In this document: piece by piece, positions 11,301-20,428 of the stretch
How positions within the stretch are numbered: the stretch's first letter is position 1
Layout: every line of letters begins with the position of its first letter
NCBI GenBank assembly: GCA_963693055.1
Contig: OY843751.1
Coordinates: 2,304,001-2,368,000 of the forward strand
DNA length: 64,000 nucleotides
Direction: 5' to 3'
Source of the DNA: a bacterium
GTDB taxonomy: Bacteria > Zhuqueibacterota > Zhuqueibacteria > Residuimicrobiales > Krinioviventaceae
Program-made: the position numbers and the translations under genes
Notes under the pieces: generated by a model
Database searches by the model: none
What the model was told of the DNA's origin: nothing
What the model saw: the letters and a program-made list of their open reading frames with translations, nothing else

Positions 11301-13304
11301 ATGAAGCATTTTTTATGGCCGTTGTTAGCAACTGTATTATTTTCAATTTCCTGTGATCAAATTCCATTCTTTGGCAGCAAATCATTTTACACCCATAAAA
11401 TAGATGATAGTAATGGTGTGTATTTGCTATCCGATAATTTCCCTTTGCATATGGATGGTAAAACCGATGACTCTCAAGCAATTCAGGCAGCTATTGATCA
11501 TGTCGAAAAGTATAATGGCTTTGGAATTGTTTTTATTCCTTCCGGCAAATATGCTATTCATAATCCCGTTTATATTTGGCGGGGCATTCGTTTAATTGGA
11601 TATGGTAGAAAGCGCCCTCAATTTATTTTACCCGAAAATACACCCGAATATCAATCTCAAAAGCAGTATATGGTCCAGTTTATGGATAGAAAACCATTAC
11701 TGAATCAGGAACCTGTTGATGCAGGTAATACTACGTTCTATTCTGGTATAAGCAATATTGATTTCAAGATTGAAAAAGGCAACCCAGCGGCAGTTGCTAT
11801 ACGTTTTAATGCTGCACAGCTTTCTTCTCTCGAACACTTGGATTTCAAGCTGGAATCCGGCATTACTGCCATTGAACAGGCTGGAAGCCAGATTTTTGAT
11901 TGTAAATTCAATGGTGGTGGATTCGGCTTGACTTTGGATGGTTCATCATCCGGTGCACAGACATTGATTATGAACTGTAAATTTAGTAACCAAACTCAGG
12001 CCGGTATTTTAACCAGTGATGCCGGATTAACGGTAATAGGCTGTGGTTTTGAAAATATGTCTCATGCAATTGTGGTCAGAGAGAACCGGGTAGAGAAATT
12101 ATATATTCAGGATACCTATTGTAAAAATGTTTCTGTTAGTGCTGTGTTAACCAGCAAATATAATAGTCCTGACAATTACATCCTCATGGATACTTTTCAG
12201 TGCGCCAATACTCCCAATGTGTTATTATTCAGAGATCGTAATACTCCCGTAAGTATAGACGCTCAGTTTTTTCAGATTAATGAACTGTATCATGGTTTGT
12301 TGATAGACCGACAGGTTGCCAACAAGTATGATAAAAGTATTCGTACAAAATATGGTTATAATGTACTTGAAGATCTTGATGATCCTATTGAATTCAAGGT
12401 ACCTCAGTTACCCAAATCTAAAAATTGGTTTAATGTACAAGAATATGGGGCAATAGGAGATGCATATACAGACAATACCATTGCTTTTAAAAAAGCGATT
12501 ACCGATCACAAAACCATTTATTTACCAATGGGATTGTATGTAATTTCTGAACCTCTTGTATTGCGCAAAAATACAAAGATTGTTGGGTTGCATCCCAAAG
12601 CTACTCAGATAATATTGTTAGACAATACATCTAAATTTACCAATCCCGATTCTTTAGAGCCAATGGTTATCGCTCCGAAGAATGGAAAAAACATGATCTC
12701 CGGAATTGGTTTTAATGCCGGATTGAATCCCGGAACCGTTCAATTGAGATGGATGGCGGGACGACATTCCTATTTAAATGATATCTGGTTTGAATGGGGT
12801 GGGCAGGGAGATACTCAACTTGGTAATGAGTTTGCCTCCAGTTTGTGGATTGATAATAATGGTGGTGGTTTTTTTAAAAATATTTGGTGTGCCAATCTTT
12901 TAGCCAATACCAGTGTAATGATTCAAAATACCCAGACTCCGGGGCAGGTATATTTGATGGGTACTGAAAATAATCATCGGAATATTGCAATTCAAAATGT
13001 GAAAAACTGGAATATGACAGCCATTCAATGTGAAGAAAATATGGGGCGCCAGCAATCTTTGATGATTGATGTACGCCAGAACAGTCGTGTGAATTTAAAT
13101 AATGTGTTTGTAAAGCGTGAGGTCACGTTTAAAAAAGATAATAATTATAGTATACGTTTGGATAATAACAGTTCAGCAATTATTCGTGGAATGCATAATA
13201 GTTCATGGGGCAATGTTCCATTTGATACTGCCGTTTACTATACCGGACAATTATTGTCTATTTCTGAAAAAGATTTTTCATACACCAGGGTACCAAATCA
13301 TTAA
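11301..13304 (+). CDS. Lipoprotein with two pectate-lyase-3/GH55-like beta-helix domains
   Basis: Lipobox FSISC; two 'GDGxTDDTxA..AI'-type starts (DGKTDDSQAIQAAID and GAIGDAYTDNTIAFKKAI). Confidence 0.75.
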   Translation: MKHFLWPLLATVLFSISCDQIPFFGSKSFYTHKIDDSNGVYLLSDNFPLHMDGKTDDSQAIQAAIDHVEKYNGFGIVFIPSGKYAIHNPVYIWRGIRLIGYGRKRPQFILPENTPEYQSQKQYMVQFMDRKPLLNQEPVDAGNTTFYSGISNIDFKIEKGNPAAVAIRFNAAQLSSLEHLDFKLESGITAIEQAGSQIFDCKFNGGGFGLTLDGSSSGAQTLIMNCKFSNQTQAGILTSDAGLTVIGCGFENMSHAIVVRENRVEKLYIQDTYCKNVSVSAVLTSKYNSPDNYILMDTFQCANTPNVLLFRDRNTPVSIDAQFFQINELYHGLLIDRQVANKYDKSIRTKYGYNVLEDLDDPIEFKVPQLPKSKNWFNVQEYGAIGDAYTDNTIAFKKAITDHKTIYLPMGLYVISEPLVLRKNTKIVGLHPKATQIILLDNTSKFTNPDSLEPMVIAPKNGKNMISGIGFNAGLNPGTVQLRWMAGRHSYLNDIWFEWGGQGDTQLGNEFASSLWIDNNGGGFFKNIWCANLLANTSVMIQNTQTPGQVYLMGTENNHRNIAIQNVKNWNMTAIQCEENMGRQQSLMIDVRQNSRVNLNNVFVKREVTFKKDNNYSIRLDNNSSAIIRGMHNSSWGNVPFDTAVYYTGQLLSISEKDFSYTRVPNH

Positions 13305-13319
13305 AAAAATCATTTTTTC

Positions 13320-13349
13320 TGCAAACCATTTCCGTGTTTATCTGTCTAA
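13320..13349 (+). promoter_or_regulatory. Candidate autoregulatory ECF promoter
   Basis: TGCAAAC-N16-TGTCTAA just upstream of the ECF sigma start. Confidence 0.55.
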
Positions 13350-13372
13350 ATAGACAAGAAGCGAGAGAATGC

Positions 13373-13945
13373 ATGGAATTCAATGAAATTGAATTAATTA
13401 AAAAAGCCCAGTCAGGAGATACAACTGCATTTACCAGATTAATGGAAATGCATGATCGTAGTGTATGGCAGGTTATTTACCACATGTTGGGTAACGTGCA
13501 AGATACACAAGATCTGTATCAGGATACATTCCTCAGGGCTTTTGAAAAAATTGGTACTTTTCGTTTTGCAAGTTCGTTCAAGAGCTGGGTTGTACGGATA
13601 GGCATTAATCTATGTATTAATCATCGTAAACGGAATCGTATTGTAAAATGGATATCAATTTTTGATACTGTTGACGATGCAGATAAAACTTTACAATGGA
13701 TGGATACCAAAGTGTTGAATCCTGAAGAAAAACTGTCTCAAACGCAAATTAAAGAACATATTGTATCTGCTATGGATACATTGTCACATCGTGAGCGGGC
13801 TGTTTTTGTTTTAAAACAGATTGAAGGATACAAGATCCAGGAGATTGCAAAAACTCTAAATTGTGCTGAAGGCACGGTGAAAAATTATTTGTTTCGTGCA
13901 ACACAAAAAATGAAAAAAGGGCTTACACCTGTATTTAAAGCCTGA
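13373..13945 (+). CDS. ECF RNA polymerase sigma factor
   Basis: DLYQDTFLRAF, FKSWVVRIGIN, and region 4 EIAKTLNCAEGTVKNYLFRA. Confidence 0.92.
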   Translation: MEFNEIELIKKAQSGDTTAFTRLMEMHDRSVWQVIYHMLGNVQDTQDLYQDTFLRAFEKIGTFRFASSFKSWVVRIGINLCINHRKRNRIVKWISIFDTVDDADKTLQWMDTKVLNPEEKLSQTQIKEHIVSAMDTLSHRERAVFVLKQIEGYKIQEIAKTLNCAEGTVKNYLFRATQKMKKGLTPVFKA

Positions 13946-13954
13946 GGTAATGTT

Positions 13955-14962
13955 ATGAATAATTGTAAAAAATATCAAAAATACATTGTGCTTGATTATT
14001 ACAATGAGCTGGAAGGTTATGAAAAAGCTGACCTTGACGCCCATTTGCTTCATTGTGAATCATGTAAAAAAGAAAAGTTGGAATTGTCAAGTATGGGAGT
14101 GGTAATTCAGGAAAATTATACCACAGAACCCAAAGAGCATATTCTCAAGGCATTGAGACACCTTGTAGAAATACGATTACAGCAGTATCATAAGCCAAAT
14201 TTTGAGAAAAGAGGTGTTTTTTTACCACGCTTTGTTCTACAATTTGCAATGGTTGTGCTTTTAATTGGCGTTGGTTACTTTACTGGCAGAATGATACCAA
14301 CACAAGAAAAACAACAAGTATCTTCTATAGATCTTTTAAATGACCTTGTTAAAGCCGATCAAAACGTTGAATTCTTAAATCACACAATTGATCCTTACCT
14401 GATTGGTATTAATCGGTTAAAATTTGACCAGGAAACAGGCAAGGTAAATGTCAGCTATAATACGGTAAACGATATTGATGTTTCAGCGAGTCTTGATGAT
14501 CCCCTGGTAAAGGAATTATTGTTGTATGCATTAAATCATGGTGAAAATCCCAATGTTCGCATGCATGCTGTCAAAGCTGTAAATGCTATTGCTGCAAACA
14601 AAAATACGCTGGATGTACAATTTATCAAATCCATTGGTAAAACGCTGACCGATGAAGAGAATCCTGGTATTCGGCTATTTGCGTTACGTGTTTTGTCTTC
14701 CATGTCAATGGATGAAAATATAAAAATGATGTTGATACATGTACTGCTTTATGATGCGAATCCCGCTTTGCGAATAGAAGCATTTAAAACCCTAACTCGC
14801 GAAAATATTACAATTCCGGATATTGGGATGTATCTTGAGCCTGCTCAGGAAGATAGCAACAGCTTTATCAGCAATCAGTCAAAAATAATTATCAAAGAAA
14901 TACTTGAAAAACAAACCCAAAATAATGGCCCTTATGAACTGGCCAGAAGGAGTCAACCATGA
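13955..14962 (+). CDS. Zinc-binding anti-sigma factor with a TM helix and HEAT repeats
   Basis: HLLHCESC (HxxxCxxC), one TM helix, repeats ENPNVRMHAV / ENPGIRLFAL / ANPALRIEAF. Confidence 0.85.
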   Translation: MNNCKKYQKYIVLDYYNELEGYEKADLDAHLLHCESCKKEKLELSSMGVVIQENYTTEPKEHILKALRHLVEIRLQQYHKPNFEKRGVFLPRFVLQFAMVVLLIGVGYFTGRMIPTQEKQQVSSIDLLNDLVKADQNVEFLNHTIDPYLIGINRLKFDQETGKVNVSYNTVNDIDVSASLDDPLVKELLLYALNHGENPNVRMHAVKAVNAIAANKNTLDVQFIKSIGKTLTDEENPGIRLFALRVLSSMSMDENIKMMLIHVLLYDANPALRIEAFKTLTRENITIPDIGMYLEPAQEDSNSFISNQSKIIIKEILEKQTQNNGPYELARRSQP

Positions 14963-16203
14963 GGAAAATAACATTCTCAATAACAATATTACTGGTTTTA
15001 ATTTCTCTTGCCTTTTCTCAAGAGTTGGTGAAAAAAAATGGTTATTATGAAGCAAACATACAACAGACTTTTGATGTGAAACCCGATGGGAAGCTGGTAA
15101 TTGAAAATATAAACGCAGATATAGAAATTTATACCTGGGAAAAAAATCAGGTTGAGATCAAAGAATTCGCCAAATTTGATGTGTATACGGAGGAAGAGGC
15201 AAATGAAAGAATAAAGCATTGGAAAAAACAATATTCTCAAACCGGTAATACAATAAAGATTTCAGGTTCCGGCCATTTTGATTGTGAAAATTGCAAGTTT
15301 GTAATAAAGGTACCAACACGATTCAATATCGATACCAAAACACGCGGGGGAGATGTATTGATTAATGGGCTTGCCGGTAATGTAAACGCATCCACCTCCG
15401 GTGGTGATATGGAGATGTACGAAATATCCGGAACTGTTACCGCTAGAACATCCGGAGGCGATCTTGAATTTTACAATATCAAAGGCCAACTCGATGCTAA
15501 AACGTCTGGTGGTGATATTGAAATGGGAAATATTCTTGGAGATGCAATTATTGTAACATCTGGTGGAGATATTGAACTGGAAAACGCAACACAAAAAGTC
15601 TTGTTAAAAACTTCCGGTGGTGATATTACTGTCAAAGATCTGGCAGGCCCGACAGAAATGACTACTTCTGGTGGAGACATAAAAGTATATGATTTTACCG
15701 GACCAACTCTTGATTTCAAAACCAGTGGTGGTGATATTGAAATGTATAATATTAAAGGGGTTTTAGTTGCATCAACCAGTGGTGGTGATATTGAAGGAAA
15801 AACATTCTTGTCACCTGTTCAAGTTAAATCCTCTGGAGGCGATATTGAACTTGTAGATGTTCAAGCCGCGCTTAAGGCAAATACTTCTGGTGGTGACATT
15901 GATATCAAAATGAATATTAAAGATTATTCAATCCCTCATGAAATTGAACTCGAAACATCCGGTGGAGATATTAGTCTTGCCATTCCTGCAGATCTGCCGG
16001 CAACTATTGACGCTCAGATTAGATTGCGAGATAATAACCGCTCATGGGATCGCAATGATATTTACAGTGATTTCCCACTCACAAAATCAATGGATAAAGA
16101 CGGGAGTTATGTAATTATTAAAAGTCAGGGTGAGATTAATGGTGGAGGCGATTTAATAAAGTTACGGACTTCGGCCGGTGATATTCATATTGTTAAAAAT
16201 TAG
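14959..16203 (+). CDS. Secreted DUF4097-type beta-strand repeat protein
   Basis: Signal peptide; TSGGDI repeats at about 18-aa spacing; 4-bp overlap with the anti-sigma gene. Confidence 0.85.
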   Translation: MRKITFSITILLVLISLAFSQELVKKNGYYEANIQQTFDVKPDGKLVIENINADIEIYTWEKNQVEIKEFAKFDVYTEEEANERIKHWKKQYSQTGNTIKISGSGHFDCENCKFVIKVPTRFNIDTKTRGGDVLINGLAGNVNASTSGGDMEMYEISGTVTARTSGGDLEFYNIKGQLDAKTSGGDIEMGNILGDAIIVTSGGDIELENATQKVLLKTSGGDITVKDLAGPTEMTTSGGDIKVYDFTGPTLDFKTSGGDIEMYNIKGVLVASTSGGDIEGKTFLSPVQVKSSGGDIELVDVQAALKANTSGGDIDIKMNIKDYSIPHEIELETSGGDISLAIPADLPATIDAQIRLRDNNRSWDRNDIYSDFPLTKSMDKDGSYVIIKSQGEINGGGDLIKLRTSAGDIHIVKN

Positions 16204-16252
16204 TGTAACAAAAGAATTTATTTTACGTTTTAATATAAAAATGGAGGCAAGA

Positions 16253-17236
16253 ATGGGAAAATTAAAATTATATCTTTTATCAACAGTTCTTTTCTTCTTT
16301 GTTGCGCAAGGTGCTTTTGCCGATATAGATGCAAATTTAAAAAAGACTTTTGATGTCAATAAAGGCGGTACATTAAATATTGAATCTGATTTTGGCAGTA
16401 TAGAAGTTTCAACTCATCAAAAGAATTCAGTAGTTGTTGAAATTTTAAGAGAAGTCGATGCCTTTACCAAGAAAGAAGCTGAAAGAATACTTGAAGACCT
16501 TGAAATTTCTTTTGATCAACAGGGAAATGATGTATATGTTGAAGCTGATTATCATAAAGATGGTTTCAGATGGGGAAATCGTCGTATCAAGATGAAATTT
16601 ATTGTAACAGTACCAGATGAATATAATGTTGATCTGAGCACTTCCGGAGGCAGTATTTCTGTAGATGATCTTAAAGGTGCTGTTGCTGCAAAAACTTCAG
16701 GTGGAAGTTTATCCTTTGGTAATATTGAAGGACCTGTAAATGGTCGTACTTCAGGTGGCAGTATAAGTCTTGATGGCTGCGATGGCAATGCGGATATTAA
16801 AACCTCTGGTGGAAGTATCAAGATAGGAGATGTTAATGGAAGTGTTGATGCACATACCTCTGGTGGTTCTATAAAAATTAATCGTGCAGAGGGCAATGTT
16901 ATTGCCAAAACTTCTGGTGGTAGTATCTCTGTTGAGGAAGTTCTAGGCGAGATTGAAGCAAAAACTTCGGGCGGTTCTGTTACTGCACGTATTTTATCTC
17001 AGCCCAAAGCCGATTGTACCCTTAGCACATCCGGTGGAAGTGTGAATATATACATGGCTAATAATGTGGATGTTAATGTAGATGCGAAAACCAGTGGCGG
17101 CCGTGTAAAAACTGAATTCCCCGTTACTATAAAAGGTGAAATTAAAAAGAACGAGTTAAAAGCCAAAATCAATGAAGGTGGCCCATTGCTTTATCTTCGT
17201 ACTTCTGGCGGAAATATAACTTTAAAAGAATTATAG
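16253..17236 (+). CDS. Secreted DUF4097-type beta-strand repeat protein
   Basis: GGAGG RBS before ATG 16253; signal peptide; TSGGSI repeats. Confidence 0.85.
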   Translation: MGKLKLYLLSTVLFFFVAQGAFADIDANLKKTFDVNKGGTLNIESDFGSIEVSTHQKNSVVVEILREVDAFTKKEAERILEDLEISFDQQGNDVYVEADYHKDGFRWGNRRIKMKFIVTVPDEYNVDLSTSGGSISVDDLKGAVAAKTSGGSLSFGNIEGPVNGRTSGGSISLDGCDGNADIKTSGGSIKIGDVNGSVDAHTSGGSIKINRAEGNVIAKTSGGSISVEEVLGEIEAKTSGGSVTARILSQPKADCTLSTSGGSVNIYMANNVDVNVDAKTSGGRVKTEFPVTIKGEIKKNELKAKINEGGPLLYLRTSGGNITLKEL

Positions 17237-17258
17237 TAATAATTTTTTTTCTTTATCC

Positions 17259-17293
17259 AAAAAAGCCCTGAAATTTTTTCAGGGCTTTTTTTT
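17259..17293 (+). terminator. Intrinsic terminator of the ECF operon
   Basis: AAAAAAGCCCTGAAA-ttt-TTTCAGGGCTTTTTTTT. Confidence 0.9.
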
Positions 17294-17326
17294 GTTATAT
17301 CAGACAAAATTAATAAAGGGTAAAAT

Positions 17327-18022
17327 ATGACAAACAATTCTGGCTTTTCAGGCTTTCCCCGTGAAGGTGTAGATTTCTTGGGTGAATTAAAATTAAATAA
17401 TACAAAGCCCTGGTTTCAGGAGCACAAGAACGAATATGAAAAGTTTCTGGTAGATCCGGCAAGAGCGTTTATTTTGGAAATGGGGACCAGATTAACTATG
17501 CTTTCACCATCAGTTACCTTTGATCCCAGAATAGATAAATCTCTTTTCCGAATTTATCGGGATATCCGCTTTAGTAAAGATAAAACCCCATACAAGACAC
17601 ATCTGGCAATATGGTTTTGGGAGGGGAATCGGAAAAAGGTTGAAAACTCGGGCTACTATTTTCAACTTGATGCAGATCTTTTTTTACTGGCTGTAGGATT
17701 ATATACCTTTCCACCAGACTTGATTGATAATTATCGTCAAGCTGTTGATGATGATAAATCCGGTCAGGAATTAATCACTGCTGTTGAGCTGGTTGAAAGT
17801 AAAGGGTATGATGTGAGTGCTGAAACTTATAAACGTGTGCCGGGAGGATATGCCCAAGACCATCCACGTATGCGTTTTCTCAAGTATAAAGGTTTTGGTG
17901 CAATGAAAGCTTATCCAATAAATGAAATACTGCATTCAACTTATTTGATTGACTTCTGCTACAATGTGTATGAGGATCTTAGCCCACTTCATAACTGGTT
18001 GGTTAAATATGTAACAAAATAG
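17327..18022 (+). CDS. DUF2461 (TIGR02453) family protein
   Basis: NNTKPWFQEHK and FRIYRDIRFSKDKTPYK. Confidence 0.9.
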   Translation: MTNNSGFSGFPREGVDFLGELKLNNTKPWFQEHKNEYEKFLVDPARAFILEMGTRLTMLSPSVTFDPRIDKSLFRIYRDIRFSKDKTPYKTHLAIWFWEGNRKKVENSGYYFQLDADLFLLAVGLYTFPPDLIDNYRQAVDDDKSGQELITAVELVESKGYDVSAETYKRVPGGYAQDHPRMRFLKYKGFGAMKAYPINEILHSTYLIDFCYNVYEDLSPLHNWLVKYVTK

Positions 18023-18182
18023 TTTCCAGCTTTTTCCCCTATTCTTGTTTGACTTGTTTTCTTATTTGGCATATTTTACGTATATTTCACAATCTAATCA
18101 TAATATTGAATTAATGAATTGATTTTAAATTCAATTGTGTCTAAATTATTATCTTTTGTTTTTGAAAAAGGAGAAACGGCTT

Positions 18183-18809
18183 ATGAATGCTGTATTGGAA
18201 AAAATCGGTCAAATGAGAATTGTGCCTGTTGTTGCGATCCACAATGCAAGTGATGCACAGCCACTAGCCCTGGCTTTAATGGAAGGTGGATTACCCTGTG
18301 CTGAAATAACATTTAGAACAGATGCTGCAGAAGACGCGATTAAGGCAATGGCAACAATTGATAATATGCTTGTAGGTGCCGGTACAGTATTAAAAGTTGA
18401 TCAGGTAAAAACAGCAGTAGATGCCGGTGCATCTTTTATTGTTTCACCTGGCTTTAACCCCAAAGTAGTTGAATATTGTGTTAAAAACAATATTCCTGTA
18501 ACACCGGGTATCAGTAATCCAACAGATATTGAAATGGCTTTGGATTTTGATCTTGAGGTTGTTAAATTTTTTCCTGCTGAGGCTTTTGGCGGATTAAAAA
18601 CGCTTAAAGCTATGAGCGCCCCGTATCATATGGTAAAATTCATACCCACGGGTGGAATTAACGCTGACAATCTTGTATCCTATTTGGAATTCCCCAAGGT
18701 ACTGGCCTGTGGTGGTAGCTGGATGGTTAAAGCAGATCTCATTAATGAAGGTAAATTTGAAGAGATATCCTGCCTTACCAGAAAGGCCATGGATATCGCA
18801 ATGTCTTGA
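18183..18809 (+). CDS. eda: KDPG/KHG aldolase
   Basis: EITFRT, VGAGTVL, FIVSPG, KFFPAE, PTGGI; AGGAG RBS before ATG 18183. Confidence 0.95.
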   Translation: MNAVLEKIGQMRIVPVVAIHNASDAQPLALALMEGGLPCAEITFRTDAAEDAIKAMATIDNMLVGAGTVLKVDQVKTAVDAGASFIVSPGFNPKVVEYCVKNNIPVTPGISNPTDIEMALDFDLEVVKFFPAEAFGGLKTLKAMSAPYHMVKFIPTGGINADNLVSYLEFPKVLACGGSWMVKADLINEGKFEEISCLTRKAMDIAMS

Positions 18810-18828
18810 CATAATTGAGGATATCATA

Positions 18829-20220
18829 ATGACCCAACCTGTTTTAACAAAAATAATTTGTTCAATATCCGACCGGAACGCGGGTAATGAATTTCTAACT
18901 GATCTTTTCAACAGTGGTACAAAAATCCTGAGATTAAATACCGCACATCAATCTGTTGAATCGACCAAAGAAGTGATTGATAATATTCGCAAAGTATCAG
19001 AGCGTATCAGCATTATGCTTGATACCAAAGGTGCTGAAATGCGTACAGCAAATGTTGCCGAGCCTATCACAGTTAAAAATGATGGAATGATCAAAATTGT
19101 TAACAGTCTGTCAGCAAAGCAATCTGATATTCCCGAATTTCTAATTAATTACAGTAATTTCGTCAAAGATGTACCCGTTGATTCAATGGTACTTGTTAAT
19201 GATGGAAGCATACGGTTAAGAGTAATTGAAAAAACAAAATCTTATTTACTTTGCCGTGCAGAGCAGGGTGGGACCATAGGAGATAAGCGTTCAGTAAACG
19301 TGCCTGATGTTCATATCAATCTTCCTGCAATTAATGTTAGGGATGATGATTATATTAGGCTGGCTGCTGACGAAAATGTTGAATATATTGCACATTCATT
19401 TGTGCGTTCAAAACAGGATGTTGAGGCGGTTCGTAGTCGTATTCAGCATTATGGCGGCAATTCACAATTGATTGCAAAAATTGAAAATTATGAGGGTATC
19501 AATAATCTTGATGAGATTATTGGTGCTGCTGATGCAATCATGATTGCACGAGGAGATCTTGGTGTTGAGGTCCCTTTTGAAAAAGTTGCCAAAATTCAAA
19601 AGCATATAATAAATCAGTGCCGGATAAATGAAAAACCGGTAATTCTTGCTACTCACTTGTTAGAAAGTATGCGGGAAAATATGCGTCCAACTCAGGCAGA
19701 AGTCAGTGATATTGCTAATGCGGTTTTTGACGGCATAGATGCATTAACCCTAACTGGTGAAACAGCTGCCGGAGCTTATCCTGTTGAGGCAGCACAAACT
19801 CTTGTTAGAATCGTGCAATATAATGAAAAATTGCACCCATTGCTGCCTGTAGATTCGAATCCGCCATTATCCGAACAAAATATTTATGAATGTCGTAAAG
19901 CAATGGAAGCTGCCAATTACCGACTTGCTAAAGCTATTGTAATTTCTTCAAAAGAGGAAAATACTATAAGATATTTAACTACATTTAGAAGCAGGGTTCC
20001 TTTGATTGTAGTTTGTTCTTCACAAAAACAAAGCAAGCGTTTTGCACTGTATTACAGTGTAACTCCTATAGTTTTGGAACATGAAAATTCTTTGTCTGAT
20101 CTGTTTAAACAATGGGATTTCACAGAATCTGACCATATTATTTATTTAACACCTCGCGATAATCATTTGCATTCTGAATTGTTAATTTTAAGAGAGGTGT
20201 GCCAGCACTTGAAAAAATAA
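18829..20220 (+). CDS. pyk: Pyruvate kinase (divergent)
   Basis: TKIIC, LDTKG, IAKIEN, MIARGDLGVE, DIANAVFDG; ATG 18829 follows GAGG. Confidence 0.88.
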   Translation: MTQPVLTKIICSISDRNAGNEFLTDLFNSGTKILRLNTAHQSVESTKEVIDNIRKVSERISIMLDTKGAEMRTANVAEPITVKNDGMIKIVNSLSAKQSDIPEFLINYSNFVKDVPVDSMVLVNDGSIRLRVIEKTKSYLLCRAEQGGTIGDKRSVNVPDVHINLPAINVRDDDYIRLAADENVEYIAHSFVRSKQDVEAVRSRIQHYGGNSQLIAKIENYEGINNLDEIIGAADAIMIARGDLGVEVPFEKVAKIQKHIINQCRINEKPVILATHLLESMRENMRPTQAEVSDIANAVFDGIDALTLTGETAAGAYPVEAAQTLVRIVQYNEKLHPLLPVDSNPPLSEQNIYECRKAMEAANYRLAKAIVISSKEENTIRYLTTFRSRVPLIVVCSSQKQSKRFALYYSVTPIVLEHENSLSDLFKQWDFTESDHIIYLTPRDNHLHSELLILREVCQHLKK

Positions 20221-20238
20221 CTGTTTACTTGGGTATAC

Positions 20239-20272
20239 AATAAAGCCGAATTGAAAAAGGTTCGGCTTTATT
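20239..20272 (+). terminator. Intrinsic terminator
   Basis: AATAAAGCCGAA...TTCGGCTTTATT. Confidence 0.75.
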
Positions 20273-20428
20273 TATTTAGTTGTTTTTCAATAAAAGCTAA
20301 ACTCCTGTTTTTATGTTGTTATTGTAAAAAATTTTATTTTAAATTCGTATTTTTTGTCTAAAATTGGTATATTAATTGTTACGTAATATTTGAATTCATA
20401 CAAATTGATTTTTTTTAGATTGGTAGTT

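Noticed and set aside
15390-17215. Regularly spaced 'ACNTCNGGTGG' nucleotide repeats that resemble an array
   Set aside because: They are degenerate at third codon positions and encode TSGG protein repeats; not a CRISPR array.
18652-18828. 59-aa N-terminal extension of pyk overlapping eda
   Set aside because: ORF-caller artefact; ATG 18829 has an RBS and matches the normal pyruvate kinase start.
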